Shown piece by piece: positions 50,785-62,285 of a stretch of DNA of 64,000 bases. A program made the translations under genes and the position numbers. Position 1 is the first letter of the stretch. The number at the start of each line of letters is the position of its first letter. The stretch comes from Centroscyllium fabricii (Eukaryota): contig JBNRSN020000020.1 in the NCBI GenBank assembly GCA_051313645.2, positions 98,580,001-98,644,000 on the forward strand. The letters are read 5' to 3'. The notes beneath the pieces are model-generated. The model saw only the letters and a program-made list of their open reading frames with translations, searched no databases and was not told where the DNA came from.

Positions 50785-51230
50785 GATGGTAGCACCCTCG
50801 TCTTTGAGTCAGAAGGTTGTGGGTTCAAGCTCCACTCCAAAAGCTTGAGCACAACAAATCTAGGCCGACACTCCAGCGCAGTACTGAGGGAGTGCTGCAC
50901 TGTTGGAGGTGCCGTCTTTCGGATGAGACGTTAGAGTTATCAGGTGGATGTAAAAGGTCCCATGGCACTATTTCGAAGAGCAGCAGCGAAGTTATCCCCA
51001 GTGTCCTGGGGCCAATATTTATCCCTGAATCAACATCACTAAAACAGATTATCTGGTCATTATCACATTTTTGCTGTTTGTGGGAGCTTGCTGTGCGCAA
51101 ATTGGCTGTCGCGTTTCCTACATTACAACAGAGACTACACTTCAAAAAATACTTCATTGGCTGTGAAGCACTTTGGGACATCCGATGGTCGTGAAAGGCG
51201 CTATATAAATGAAATTCTTTCTTTCTTTTC
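50785..51230 (+). mobile_element. DeuSINE (SacSINE1/AmnSINE1-like)
   Basis: tRNA-like head GGTTCAAG; Deu core GATGAGACGTTA..CCCATGGCACTATTTCGAAG; L2-like tail GGCGCTATATAAATG; interrupted copies at ~6322-7222 and ~47782-48868. Confidence 0.85.
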
Positions 51231-52008
51231 AAATTAGTTTACTGTAGTTAGTCACCCCTTGGCAGTGTAGTCATAACAGAACACTATTGGAATAATCACA
51301 TCACTCTGTTTGGCCATTCACTTCAGCCAGTTTAGATGCATTATTGCACCAAAAACAATTTCCCTCATTCCCCTCCTGAAGGTGCTGTCTCTTGCTTGCA
51401 CAGACAGCAGTAACCCTCTCTAGTACCTTGCCTCATTGGCCATTCTTCATGTGCGAGCAGCTAATGTCAGCAGGCTATTCAACTTGCAGAGTGTCATGAC
51501 TGAGCCGGAGGCTGTCCTGACCGGACATTCACACATATACATTTTCCAGCAGGTGGCACCTGAAAGCAATCAGGGCAGACCCCTGGCTGATTGTAAACCT
51601 CCAGAGCAATGTGTTCCCGTTAAATTTTCTTTGTTGTGCATGGCCCGTTTATGTCAATGCGCGGTTCCTTTAAGTTTCTGCGCATCCACGGTATTTCAAT
51701 TGGAAAAGTTGGTGAGCGGCCTGCGCGGTGCCTTGCAGATTACTGTGCGGCCGTGCACCCGTGCAGCTTAGAGGGAACATTGCTCAAGAGGTGTGGAGAC
51801 CAATTGAGTCGCCCTAACTACCTCCGGCTGAGATCAGCTAACTCAGCACTGGCCAGGGATCGAACCTAGTCTGCATGGCTTAGTACACCCATGTGCTATT
51901 TAGTGACAATGGTTACACAGCAATACAATAGAAATAATATCCCTAAATCAAAGGAATTAATCCAGGAGAGAAAAAAAACGATTTTACGAGAAGGAAATAT
52001 GTGCTGAC

Positions 52009-52149
52009 CTGTTGTATACCCTGTCCTCCGGAGACAGGAACCTGCATAATTGTCTGTCCCTGACCTGTAGGCACTGCTTGAACCATGATTGGCTGACCAG
52101 TGGATGTGATTAGCTGACCACCACTAACTTGGACCATTAACGGCTGACC
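52009..52149 (-). CDS. NFYA: NF-YA exon 4 equivalent (Q-rich activation domain)
   Basis: tctag|GGT...CAG|gtcagc; 141 nt encoding GQPLMVQVSGGQLITSTGQPIMVQAVPTGQGQTIMQVPVSGGQGIQQ. Confidence 0.95.
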
Positions 52150-52719
52150 CTAGACCAATAAACAACAGAGAGGAGTCAAATAAAAGATAAAAGCAGAGAA
52201 TTAGTGCTGTATTACAGAGTCAAAAATACAGTACTTGTAAAACACCCAAATCATTTTCAATCCCACAATCAAGCCAATAAAAGCTGAAGTTATATTATCC
52301 CCTTTGTCGTTTTCTCCTGAAGGTTTGGATTCTTGATGGATAGCCGGCAATAGCTGTCCTCCGTAACCGCTCCCAAAACAGTGAGTGTTGGCCGGATCCT
52401 TGAGGAAAACAGAACCGAGCTCAATCGTGCCCTTGCCCAATGTCTACACAGACAATTTCCTGCGGGAGTTGCTGCACAGCAGCCAAAAACAGGACGTACT
52501 GAGGCCAAATGCCATCTTGTCTGAATTTCAGCTCAAATTGGGAACATTGCCATTTGACTAAACACAGCAATTGCAAGTGCACAAAGTTACAGTATAGATT
52601 AAGGTGTTACTGTACAATACTATAGTGGCACAGAGCATTGTGCTCAGGATACCATGCCGGTGGTACGATATGGTTTGCAACTGGCAGAGTTGCCCATACA
52701 GCAAGGCTCCAATCTTGTA

Positions 52720-53058
52720 CAGGGCCGACACCGTTAATCCGGCACCGGCGGGACCAGACCGGTGCCGGACTAGTGAAAAATCCGAACGATTGAAGTTTCA
52801 GCGAGCGCATACGCAGACCATTCAAAATGGCCGCCGCTCATGCCGGCGGCCATTTTGAATGGTCTGCACATGCGCTTGCTGAAGCTTCAATCGTTCGGGG
52901 AGAGGCCCGGGCATGCGCAGACCAGTCGGGCAGAGGCCCGGGCATGCGCAGCCAAGCGCGGTGGCCATTTTGCGCATGCGCAGACCAGTCGGCCGGATTC
53001 GCTCTGGACGACTGAAGTTTCCGATTTAACGGTGTCCAGATTAACGGTGACGGACCTG
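52720..53058. mobile_element. Tigger/pogo-like MITE, cargo-free copy
   Basis: TA|CAGGGCCGACACCG...CGGTGACGGACCTG|TA; internal GCGCATGCGC and CAAAATGGCCGCC dyads. Confidence 0.85.
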
Positions 53059-53332
53059 TAGTTGGTTTTGAAAAAGGACGGGAAAAACATAGAGAAAGAG
53101 AAAGCTATCCTGGGCTACTCTTGCACATTGCCTGGAGACTGGCAAGAGAGTGACATTAACAGAAGGTTTTGAGCAAATCACAGGTTGCCTCCCTCCGTAA
53201 ACACTATCACGATGGCAAAATGTGTGTTCTGGCTGCCATTTCCTGCCACCAAAAACTAGAATAATATTTTATACAATCTGTACATGCAAACCACATGCAC
53301 AAATGAAAGTATTCGGCATATACGATTCATAC

Positions 53333-53404
53333 CTGTTGTTGAATTTGTCCCTGAACCACTATTTGTTCGGTGGAATTGCTATTATTCGCCGTGTACTGTT
53401 CCAT
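53333..53404 (-). CDS. NFYA: NF-YA first coding exon (exon 2; full exon 53333-53467 including 63 nt of 5'UTR)
   Basis: Acceptor tttttttag before 53467; ATG at 53404; encodes MEQYTANNSNSTEQIVVQGQIQQQ; donor CAG|gtatga. Confidence 0.96.
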
Positions 53405-53879
53405 TATTAGCTTGAATGTGTAAGCAGCTTCTTGGCAGAATGTTGCTCAAATTGAACGCAGCAAAACCTAAAAAAAGTTACAGGAAGATGTGAAATTCTC
53501 ATTCATTCTGTAAACCTTCAGGCATCAGTTATAGTATCTTAGAATTATCACAACACTCAAACACAAAGAGATAAAACAGGCAAGACAGTGGGATGCGGGT
53601 CGCATGAGGTGCAAAACTCACAATTGCAATATATAGATATACACCAATGCATCCAACCAAACATACTGTAGGAAGGAGTTTGACCATGGAAGTCAGACCA
53701 TGAACATTTCCATTTCTCCGACCTTCTTGATGTTTTGGACATTTTGATAAGGTGCTGCAAGAAAAACTATATGCAAAATTGCAACTTAAATAAGGTCTTG
53801 TACAACAATACCCCCTGGTTGTTATATTCCTTTCCTTTGCTTCCTGCCCGCCAGCTATTGGTGAGGTCGTAGGAAGATG

Positions 53880-55530
53880 GTCGTGATTATCAAAGGCTAG
53901 CCAGCAAGTTTCTCAGGGCAGTGCTCTTAACCGAACAATCTTCAGCTCCTTCATCAATGAGCTTTCCTCCATTCTAAGGTCAGAAGTGGGGCTGTTTACT
54001 GACTATTTCACAATATTCAGCTCAATTCAAAACTCCCTCAAGATAATGAAGCAGCCCACGCCATCTTACAGCAGGAGCTGGACAGCATCCAGGCTTGGGC
54101 TGACAAATGGCAGCTATCATTAGTGCCATACAAGTGCCAGGCAATTACCATCTCCAACAAATCCAACCAGCTCCCTTTGACCTTCAATAGCATCACTGAT
54201 CCCCACTTTCAACAGCTTGGGGATCCTCACTGACCAGAACCCTAACTGGGTCAGCCACATCAACACCGTGGCAATATCAGCAGAGTAGTGGCTGTGTACT
54301 CGGATGAGTGGATCACCTCCTGATTCCTCACAATCTCTCTATCATCTTAAGGCTTAAGTCAGGACTGTGTACACCATAACACCACCGGGGACGCCCCGTG
54401 AACTGCAAAACACCCCCACTGACACATGGGGCAGGATTTTCCTGACGGTGCGGGAAATGGGTGGGATCCCCACTGATCACTCTATCTTCCCACTTTCTGA
54501 AGGGTGTGGAATCCCCACGCAATTTTGGCTTAATTGGCCAATTAATTCCCCCGAGTGTGGGAAGATCCGAGCAATTGAGGGATTTTGCCTCGAAACTGGG
54601 CGTGCTTTTTGACCCGTGTCAGCAGCAGAGCCCATGATTAGCAGCAGTACTGATAGGCTTGGTGTTTCTCTTTCCGTGGTTTCAGGGCATTATGATGTCC
54701 CAGGAGTTAAGAAGAATGAGAGGGGATCTCATTGAAACTTATAAAATTCTGACAGGTCTGGACAGACTAGATGCAGGAAGGATGTTCCCGATGGTCGGGG
54801 AGTCCAGAACCAGGGGTCACAGTCTAAGGATAAGGGGTAAGCCATTTAGGACTGAGATGAGGAGGAATTTCTTCACCCAGAGAGTGGTGAACCTGTGGAA
54901 TTCTCTACCACAGAATGTAGTTGAGGCCAATTCATTAAATATATTCAAGAAGGAGTTGGATATATTTCTTAAGGCTAAAGGGATCAAGGGATATGGGGAG
55001 AGGGCAGGGACAGGGTGCTGGGTTTGGATGATCAGCCATGATCGCATTGAATGGCGGAGCAGGCTCGAGGGGCCGAATGGCCGACTCCTGCTCCTATCTT
55101 CTATGTTTCTATGACTGTGATGGAATTATCACTGGACATGTGCAGCTGCAAAAATACGCAAGACACCATCCAGGACAGAATGGCCTGTTTGATCTGCACC
55201 CCTGCCACTGGACACAATATCCACCACCAGCACACTGCAGTGTGCACTATCTACAGGATGCACTCCAGCAACTCACCAAATTTAATTTGACAGCACCACT
55301 GATCCCTGTAACCTCTACCTCTGAGAAGGATAAGAGCAGAAATATCATGGTATACAATCACTTCCAAGATCCCCGCCAAGTCACACACCATTCTGATTTG
55401 GATCAACATCACCTCTCCCTCATTGTGGTTGGGCATAAATCCTGGAATTCCCTACCTAACACCATCATTGAAGCACCATGACTACAAAGAAGGTAACAGT
55501 TCAAGGCAGCAGCTTTCTCAGCCAATAAAT
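53880..55530 (+). mobile_element. Old CR1-clade LINE RT fragment interrupted by a Harbinger-like piece (~54428-54700) and a HER1 tail (54703-55112)
   Basis: SQGSALxxTIFSSFINELS RT-like motif at ~53911; CR1 ORF 54659-55114. Confidence 0.7.
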
Positions 55531-55681
55531 ATAGCTTTCCCCCTGTCACCCACATCGCAAGAACAATAAAATAACGTAGCCACATTCCCTGTACCATCAT
55601 CTTTGCCACAAGTCTCATTTTTCCCCTTCTTTTCACCAACCCTCAAAAGCTTCTGACGAAGGGCCATCGACCTGAAACATT

Positions 55682-57045
55682 GGGGGGGGACTTTACCGGA
55701 AGGGCGGGAACCTGGCGGGGATTGGTCGGGACGGCTTCCTGTCCCGCCCGCCCAAACAGCTGGGAAGCCCACGCAATTTTAATTTAATTGGGTTGTTAAA
55801 TCCCCGCCGGCGGCAGCGGGTGGTAATTAACTCAATCCAGTCGGGCTCCAGCGGGGCTGCGAGGAGTTTGATTGACAGTTCCAGCACTGGTTGTTGACAG
55901 TTCCCATGGAAACACTCCACTGTGACATCACAGTCGAGTGGAACCAATGGGACAGGTCAAGGGCTGGTGACTGACAGGTGGGCGGGCGGGCTCCGAATCC
56001 CTGACAGCTCATACCGGCTGTGAACAAATGTGCAAAGCTGAGTGTTCTCAGTTTCTGCTCACAGCTGGTGCAGACAGCACAGAGTATAACTTACTCCTCT
56101 AAGGTGCTGGAGGCATGCCAAGCATTTGGCAGCATGTCCTTCACATCCTGAAGGAGAAAGTTATAACCAGCGCGGGGTTAGGGCAGGAAACAGCTCAAAA
56201 TGGCTGAGGGCCCTTAAAATGGCATTAAACATGCCAATTAAGGGCCCTTAACGAGGTGACAACCCATCCCCACCGGCGGGAAAGTTTCGGGGTGGGGAAA
56301 AATGTAAAAGCGGCGGGGAGGGGGCGTCGCGACGCACTGGTTGCGCTATTTTGCCGGCCGAGCCACCGAAACCCGCCGGGTGTCCAGCTTCAAGTTCCTC
56401 GGGGTCCACATCTCGGAAGACCTCTCCTGGTCACTAAACACCTCCTCTCTGATAAAGAAGGCCCAACAGCGCCTGTATTTCCTAAGGAAGCTGAAAAAGG
56501 CCAAGCTGACATCCGGCATCCTCACCAACTTCTACCGCTGCACAATCGAAAGCATACTGACAAGCTGCATCACAGTCTGGTATGGAAACTGCACCATCTC
56601 AGACCGGATGGCCCTGCAGCGGGTATTGAAAACTGCCCAACGAATCACCGGCACCCAGCTACCATCAATTGAATGCACCTACCTCAAACGTTGCCTACGG
56701 AGGTCTCAGAACATTATTAAAGACCCCACACACCCCAGCCATAGTCTGTTCGCCCTCCTGCCTTCCGGGAGACGCTACAGATCAATTCGCACCCGCACGG
56801 CCAGATTCAAGAACAGCTTCTTCCCCAGGGTTGTAAGTCTTCTGAACTCTAACAAAAAACTCCAGTATCTGCACACCTGAAATGTACTTTATTGTATGCA
56901 ATTGTATGTAACCTATTTGCACTACTCTCGGGAGCGACGAGTCTTCGTTTCGTTGTATTGTATTAGTACACTGCAATGGCAATAAAATTGAATTGAATTG
57001 AATTCAATTGAAAACCCCGCCTCACGGGACATGAAAATCCCCCCC
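55682..57045 (+). mobile_element. Poly-G-ended Harbinger-like MITE, inserted in a Penelope hammerhead motif and itself interrupted by Rex1
   Basis: TSD ATT at 55679-55681 and 57046-57048; the flanks rejoin as CTGACGAAGGGCCATCGACCTGAAACATTAACTCAG. Confidence 0.82.
56378..57010 (+). mobile_element. Rex1/Babar LINE 3' fragment nested in a Harbinger-like MITE
   Basis: Uninterrupted frame VSSFKFLGVHISEDL...SFFPRVVSLLN; (TTGAA)n tail. Confidence 0.93.
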
Positions 57046-57399
57046 ATTAACTCAGTTTCTTTCTCCACAGATGCTGCCTGGCCTGCTGAATGTTTCCAGC
57101 ATTTTCTGTTTTTACCTCAAAAACTCTGATGTTCCAAAGGCTCTGCTTATGGAGCTCAATCCATACCTGTCTCAGGTAGCAGCCACATGATAAATAGAAA
57201 AAAACAGAGTAACAAGAAGATCCCTAGGTTATAAAGGATGTTTTCACTTTGATGGTCAAGTAATTAAAGATGCTATCATCCATCATCTTGATTACATTAA
57301 GCTTCAATGCAACAATGATGCTATCCAAAATAACAACAGGAAACGCTGGAAAAACTCAGCAGGCCAGGCAGCATCGGTGGAGAGAGAAACAGAGTTAAC

Positions 57400-57627
57400 A
57401 GCCAAAATTTTCATGCCGCAGCTGTCTGACAACCTCCTAGAATCCCGCTTGAGCTCCGTAATTGCCGACTCGACTGAGGCAATTACCGGGGCACCCCGCA
57501 CGCGGGGATTTAATTGAACACTTAAAGGAAAATAGCGTCGGCTTCCCAGGCCCTTGGGCGGGCGGGACAGGAACCCGCCCCGACCAATCACTGCCAGGTT
57601 CCCGCACCTGCAGGAAAATCCCCCCCC
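57400..57627 (-). mobile_element. Internally deleted Harbinger-like MITE inserted in a Penelope hammerhead motif
   Basis: TSD AAC at 57397-57399 and 57628-57630; ends match the 11176 subfamily. Confidence 0.8.
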
Positions 57628-57660
57628 AACGTTTCAGGTCGATAACCTTTCGTCAGAACT
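57628..57660 (-). ncRNA. Penelope-type minimal hammerhead ribozyme core, split from its helix I partner by a MITE
   Basis: AGUU-CUGACGA-A-AGGUU-AUC-GACCU-GAAA-CG-UU; the partner strand AACUC is displaced to 57396-57392. Confidence 0.7.
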
Positions 57661-57989
57661 GGGAAAAAAAAGCAGGAAATGGAAAGCAAGTTTGGGGGCC
57701 GGGAAAAGGAAATGATCCTATCCATCCTAATCTGCAATTTACAGTGGATCACCATTTGCTTAACAATTATGGGAACAAAGAGCCTTATGCTCCAGCATTT
57801 AAGTCAGGTGCTAGAATACCAACAGTATTAATGAGAATCTCATAAGTACAAGATCATTAAAAAAACTAAAAAAAGTAGAAAATAGTCTGACCGTTTGACA
57901 CTAAATTCTGCCAAATGGTCAATCCTGTGAAGTACTGGCATTTCGCAAGTTTTTGTTTGAACACTAAATTCTGCTGCCAAATGGTCAAC

Positions 57990-58392
57990 CCTGTTAGACT
58001 CTGTAGAAAAGATCACACTAAGACGTCTCTGAAAGATCAAGGGTGCAATAAATGTGATAGCCCTTGAACTGTTATCTGGAGGTTGTACAACTGACCCATC
58101 CTGTAGTAAAAGTGATAACACTGACTCTTTGAGTTGTTACTATAGCAGAAGATTGTGCAGCTGTGAAGAATGTGTAGTGTAAGACTGCTGATTGGTTGAA
58201 GGATGTATAAAAATCTAGCTTTCTGTATGCCAAATTGCTTTTTGCTCTGGGCACTCGACAGACTCTATTGTGAATCTGTGCAGAGTTTTCAGAGTATTAG
58301 CCCGCGGAATAATAAATGTGTTGAACCTTCCGACTGTATTCGACTCAGTGATTGCTCAGACTGAGGGAAAATAACTCAGATCGTCATTAACA
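57990..58392 (+). mobile_element. Possible solo LTR
   Basis: CTGATTGGTT at 58188-58197, TATAAAA at 58206-58212, AATAAA at 58311-58316, ending ..AACA; 5' boundary and TSD not resolved. Confidence 0.45.
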
Positions 58393-58871
58393 CACGAGTT
58401 GAAAGCAACATTCCTCAGGGGTCTTCATGGATTTTGCATTTAAACTGCCCCATTCACTAATTGATAACCTCCGACTTGACTAATACTCAATCAAAACTGC
58501 TTAGGGTTTTGAAACAGAAAAACTGCTGCCCTGTAGGCATTAGTTTTCTAGCGACATACTCAGCGCTACGACTATTTTAAAAGGATACATACAGTATACG
58601 TCTCATAACATGTAAATTCTATTTTCATCACATATGGGTGTAGATGACCAGTGAGGGCAGGATTGGGATTGCCTGCAATGCTTCCCTGCAAAAAAGTCTC
58701 TGTACTCAGAATCTACTCATACATGAAGAATTGCCTCTTGGCAATCCAGGGGCCCCTGTTGCCTGCGGAACCATGCCCCAGCAAGGAGCCGAGAGAGAAG
58801 AACATTCATGGAACGGGACAGAAGAAAATACACTGATCTGTAAACTTGCTTGGAATAATTCAAAATCTTCA

Positions 58872-59256
58872 GGGCGGCACGGTGGCATAGTGGTTAGCAC
58901 TGTTGCCTCACAGCACTGGAGACCCGGGTTCAAATCCGGCCTCGGGTACTATCTGTGTGGAGTTTGCACATTCTCCCCGTGTCTGCGTGGGTTTCCTCCG
59001 GGTGCTCCGGTTTCCTCCCACAGTCTAAAGATGTGCGGGTTAGGTTGATTGGCCAGGATAAATTGACCCTTCGTGTTAGGGGGATTGAATGTGTGGGGTT
59101 ACGGGGATAGGGTGGGATATGTGTCGGTGCAGGCTCGATAGGGATATGGGGATAAGGTAGGGACAGGGTACTGAATTTGGATGATCAGCCATGATCTCAT
59201 TGAATGGCAGAGCAGACTCGAAGGGCCGAATGGCCTACTCCTATCTTCTATGTTTC
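58872..59256 (+). mobile_element. HE1-type V-SINE (tRNA head, V core, HER1 tail)
   Basis: A/B boxes GTGGCATAGTGG and GGTTCAAATCC; V-domain GTTTGCACATTCTCCCCGTGTCTGCGTGGGTTTCCTCC. Confidence 0.9.
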
Positions 59257-60277
59257 AGGAGAATTCTGTCAACTCTCCTGAAAGTATATTGCAAATAAAT
59301 GATCAAAATTGATCCATTTGTAACAACAGTGGTTTAATAAAGCTGATAGTCATACCCGCTTATTTTCAACTCCCGTTTTAACGCAAGTTTCTAAAGTTTG
59401 GTTTTCCCCTATGCTTCCAATTGTGCAAAGTTCTCTTTATTGCAATTCCTGCTTATATGCAACTGTGGTGTGCCGAAATCCTGCTCGTCACCTTTGAACC
59501 TGAGGCTTTCACCTCCCAATCTGGGTTTGTTGGTCAACGTACCAGTTTGAACCGGTTTCCACCTGTTTGTTAGTGCTGTGCGGGCGAGGGAGGAATGGAA
59601 GTCGAGTTTCCAAATTGTTCAGCAAAGGTAGCACCGTGGCCCGTCACTGCATAAGCACGTGGATGTCCAAAGATGTGCGGATTAGGTTGATTGGCCATGA
59701 TAAATTGACCCTTAGTGTTAGGGGGATTGAATATGTGGGGTTACGGGGATAGGGTGGGATATGTGTCGGTGCAGGCTCGATAGGGATCGAGGGATATGGG
59801 GAGAGGGCAGGGGCGGGATACTGGGTTTGGATGATCAGCCGTGATCTCATTGAATGGCGGAGCAGGCTCAAAGGGCTGAATGGCCGACTCCTGCTCCTAT
59901 CTTCTATGTTTTGAACAGTTTTGAGGCATTGAAGATTCAAAAGCTCGTCGCACAAAAACATGACATTTCTGAATCTCAGGTTTCCAGAATTCAGAGGTTT
60001 CACAATATACTTTGCAGCATAAAAAATTCACAAGCATTTTCCTCTTAAAAAAAAATGTTATACAGGTACTGTATTACTGTTGCAAGGTGTACGAAATTCA
60101 GGTAAATAATAGGTTGTCAAGCACCAAGCCAGCCTTGATTTTTGTTGCTTTTGCTGCTTCATCGCAGTTTGTGAGGTTGTCTCGAGCGGGTGTGATTAAG
60201 CGGGTTCCACTGTATCTATCACCTTCCAAACTTTGCTGCTATTGGTTAGAAAAGCCTCAATGTTTCAATTACAAGTA

Positions 60278-60523
60278 CAGGTCCGGCAGTTAATCCGGAA
60301 ATTTCAGCTGTCCGGAACGAATCCGGACGGCTGGCCTGCGCATGCGCAAAATGGCCGCGCTTGCCCGGGCCTCTCCCCGAATGATTGATGCTTCGGCGAG
60401 CGCATGTGCAGACCATTCAAAATGGCCACCGGCCTTCGGCGGCCATTTTGAACGGTCTGCGCATGCGCTCGCCGAAGCATCAATCGTTCGGATTTTTCAC
60501 TAATCCCGACGGCGTCGGACCTG
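60278..60523. mobile_element. Tigger/pogo-like MITE, short cargo-free copy
   Basis: TA|CAGGTCCG...CGGACCTG|TA; same internal motifs, reversed relative to the 52720 copy. Confidence 0.82.
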
Positions 60524-62285
60524 TATAACCAGTAGGGGTTGGACTACCACATCAGGGCAAAGCAAAATAAAGTTTGAAGAAATGGAAAATGGACTGAGAG
60601 CAATGGAAGTAGGCCACCATGGTGTCTGCATTAAATTTTCAACTCGTGACTCCCAGATTTATTTACACATCCAATGAAAGCTGTACAAGAAATATTAGCA
60701 CACCCTCCCTTCATGTGCCCTTGTAAAAAAATAATGTTCCCTAACTGAACCACAGTTTGTAAACTGTTGGATGAGGGGGTAGAAAGGAAGTGGAGACAAG
60801 AGATACAGTGTTTACTGCAACTTTATTGAAGTATTAATTCCAAAAGGAACAATTTTAATTATGTTTAAGATCTTTAGAAATGGCAAATATATAAATTTAC
60901 AAAACTGTGACATTTTTAAGGCTGTTGTAGTACTTACTTCCTAACACATGAGGGAACTCTGCATAGCTCTGAGGACCTAGAAATTGCTTCACAATAGAGA
61001 CCCAGTAAAATATTTAACATTTATTGCCCAGTGTGTTATTTTTTTTTAAACTCTGTGATTCACCCCCAGACCCGAAACGTTAACTCTGTTTCTCTCTCCA
61101 CGGATGCTGCCTGGCCTGCTGAGTATTTCCAGCATTTCCTGTTATCCCTGATTCACTACCTATTTCTACCAATATTTGGAAGTACAGTACTTCTACTATT
61201 CAATACGGCACTTCCATTGGCAGTTCAATTAAGAGATTAGACGCACTGGATAAACGCTACATGGAAGGAACAGAATAGACATTTGGACTGCATGAACTCA
61301 CCACTATTTTTAAATCACCATTTGCACTGTAAGCATCACGTAGATATATTTTCTATCCTGAAATAGCAATGGTTTATTGTTCTGGAATGAGACCCGTCAC
61401 ATTTCAAACTGGCTTAGAGGTGCAATCTATAGGTCAGACTGCTATAAATATATATATATATATATATTGCATATTTCATGTAAACACTTTATATAAAATT
61501 AAGGACATTAGTAACAGCAGGTATAACTAACTCAGCCTGTGCGGTAAGAGGCCTACTGATAGTTCACTCTTGTGGAGTGTTCGCAAGGTTTCAAACCTAG
61601 GCTCCATCTTTAAAGAAACTATTCAGGTAAACTGGAGACATTGATCAGGCAGCAAGGCTACCTTTGCAGGCAGACTTAGCACGTTAACAGACAGAGTGAT
61701 CGCTCAAACTATCTGCTCCCCCCCTCACAATGTTCTCCCTTTATCCCATCGTGGCCGATACTCAATAGTTCAATCGATGTCGCCTGGTATATTACGTACA
61801 TACCATTTGCCAAGTGGGGTGTGTCACAACTGAACTTTATCTGGTCCACACCAGACCAGCTACATATATGCACTTCCCAGTACGTGTCACTGGACAGTGG
61901 TCAGGAATGGGAACCTGATCTGATTTTATCCCTCCCTTGCCCACAGGTGCCGAGACCAACTGCAGCACCTCTTCATCTGCTTTGGCCAAGACATGGAACA
62001 TGGATCCAATTTTTATAAACTAGAACACCTACAGTCAGATCTGCTGTTCCACTGCTCAAAGTAAATTAGAGTATTGTCATTTTATAATCGTCTATGACAT
62101 ATTAAAGATCTTAGGTTTGTACGCACTGGCTGTCTACGAAATTTTACTTTCTGTTTATCACATTTCTGTCACACTTCTGTGTCTATAATATTTATAATGG
62201 AAATTGGCTGGTTCAGATTGTTACCGTGTAATTATACCCTCCTCCCAGTGGTGGCACTGTAGCACCTCAGTTTTGCACACACTTC

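Noticed and set aside
52420-52520. Frame QDGI...AAVQQLPQE as a decayed NF-YA exon 3
   Set aside because: Similarity is too weak, the acceptor phase does not fit, and there is an in-frame stop with no donor
58872-58945. tRNA-like sequence with A and B boxes
   Set aside because: It is the head of an HE1/V-SINE present in several copies, not a tRNA gene
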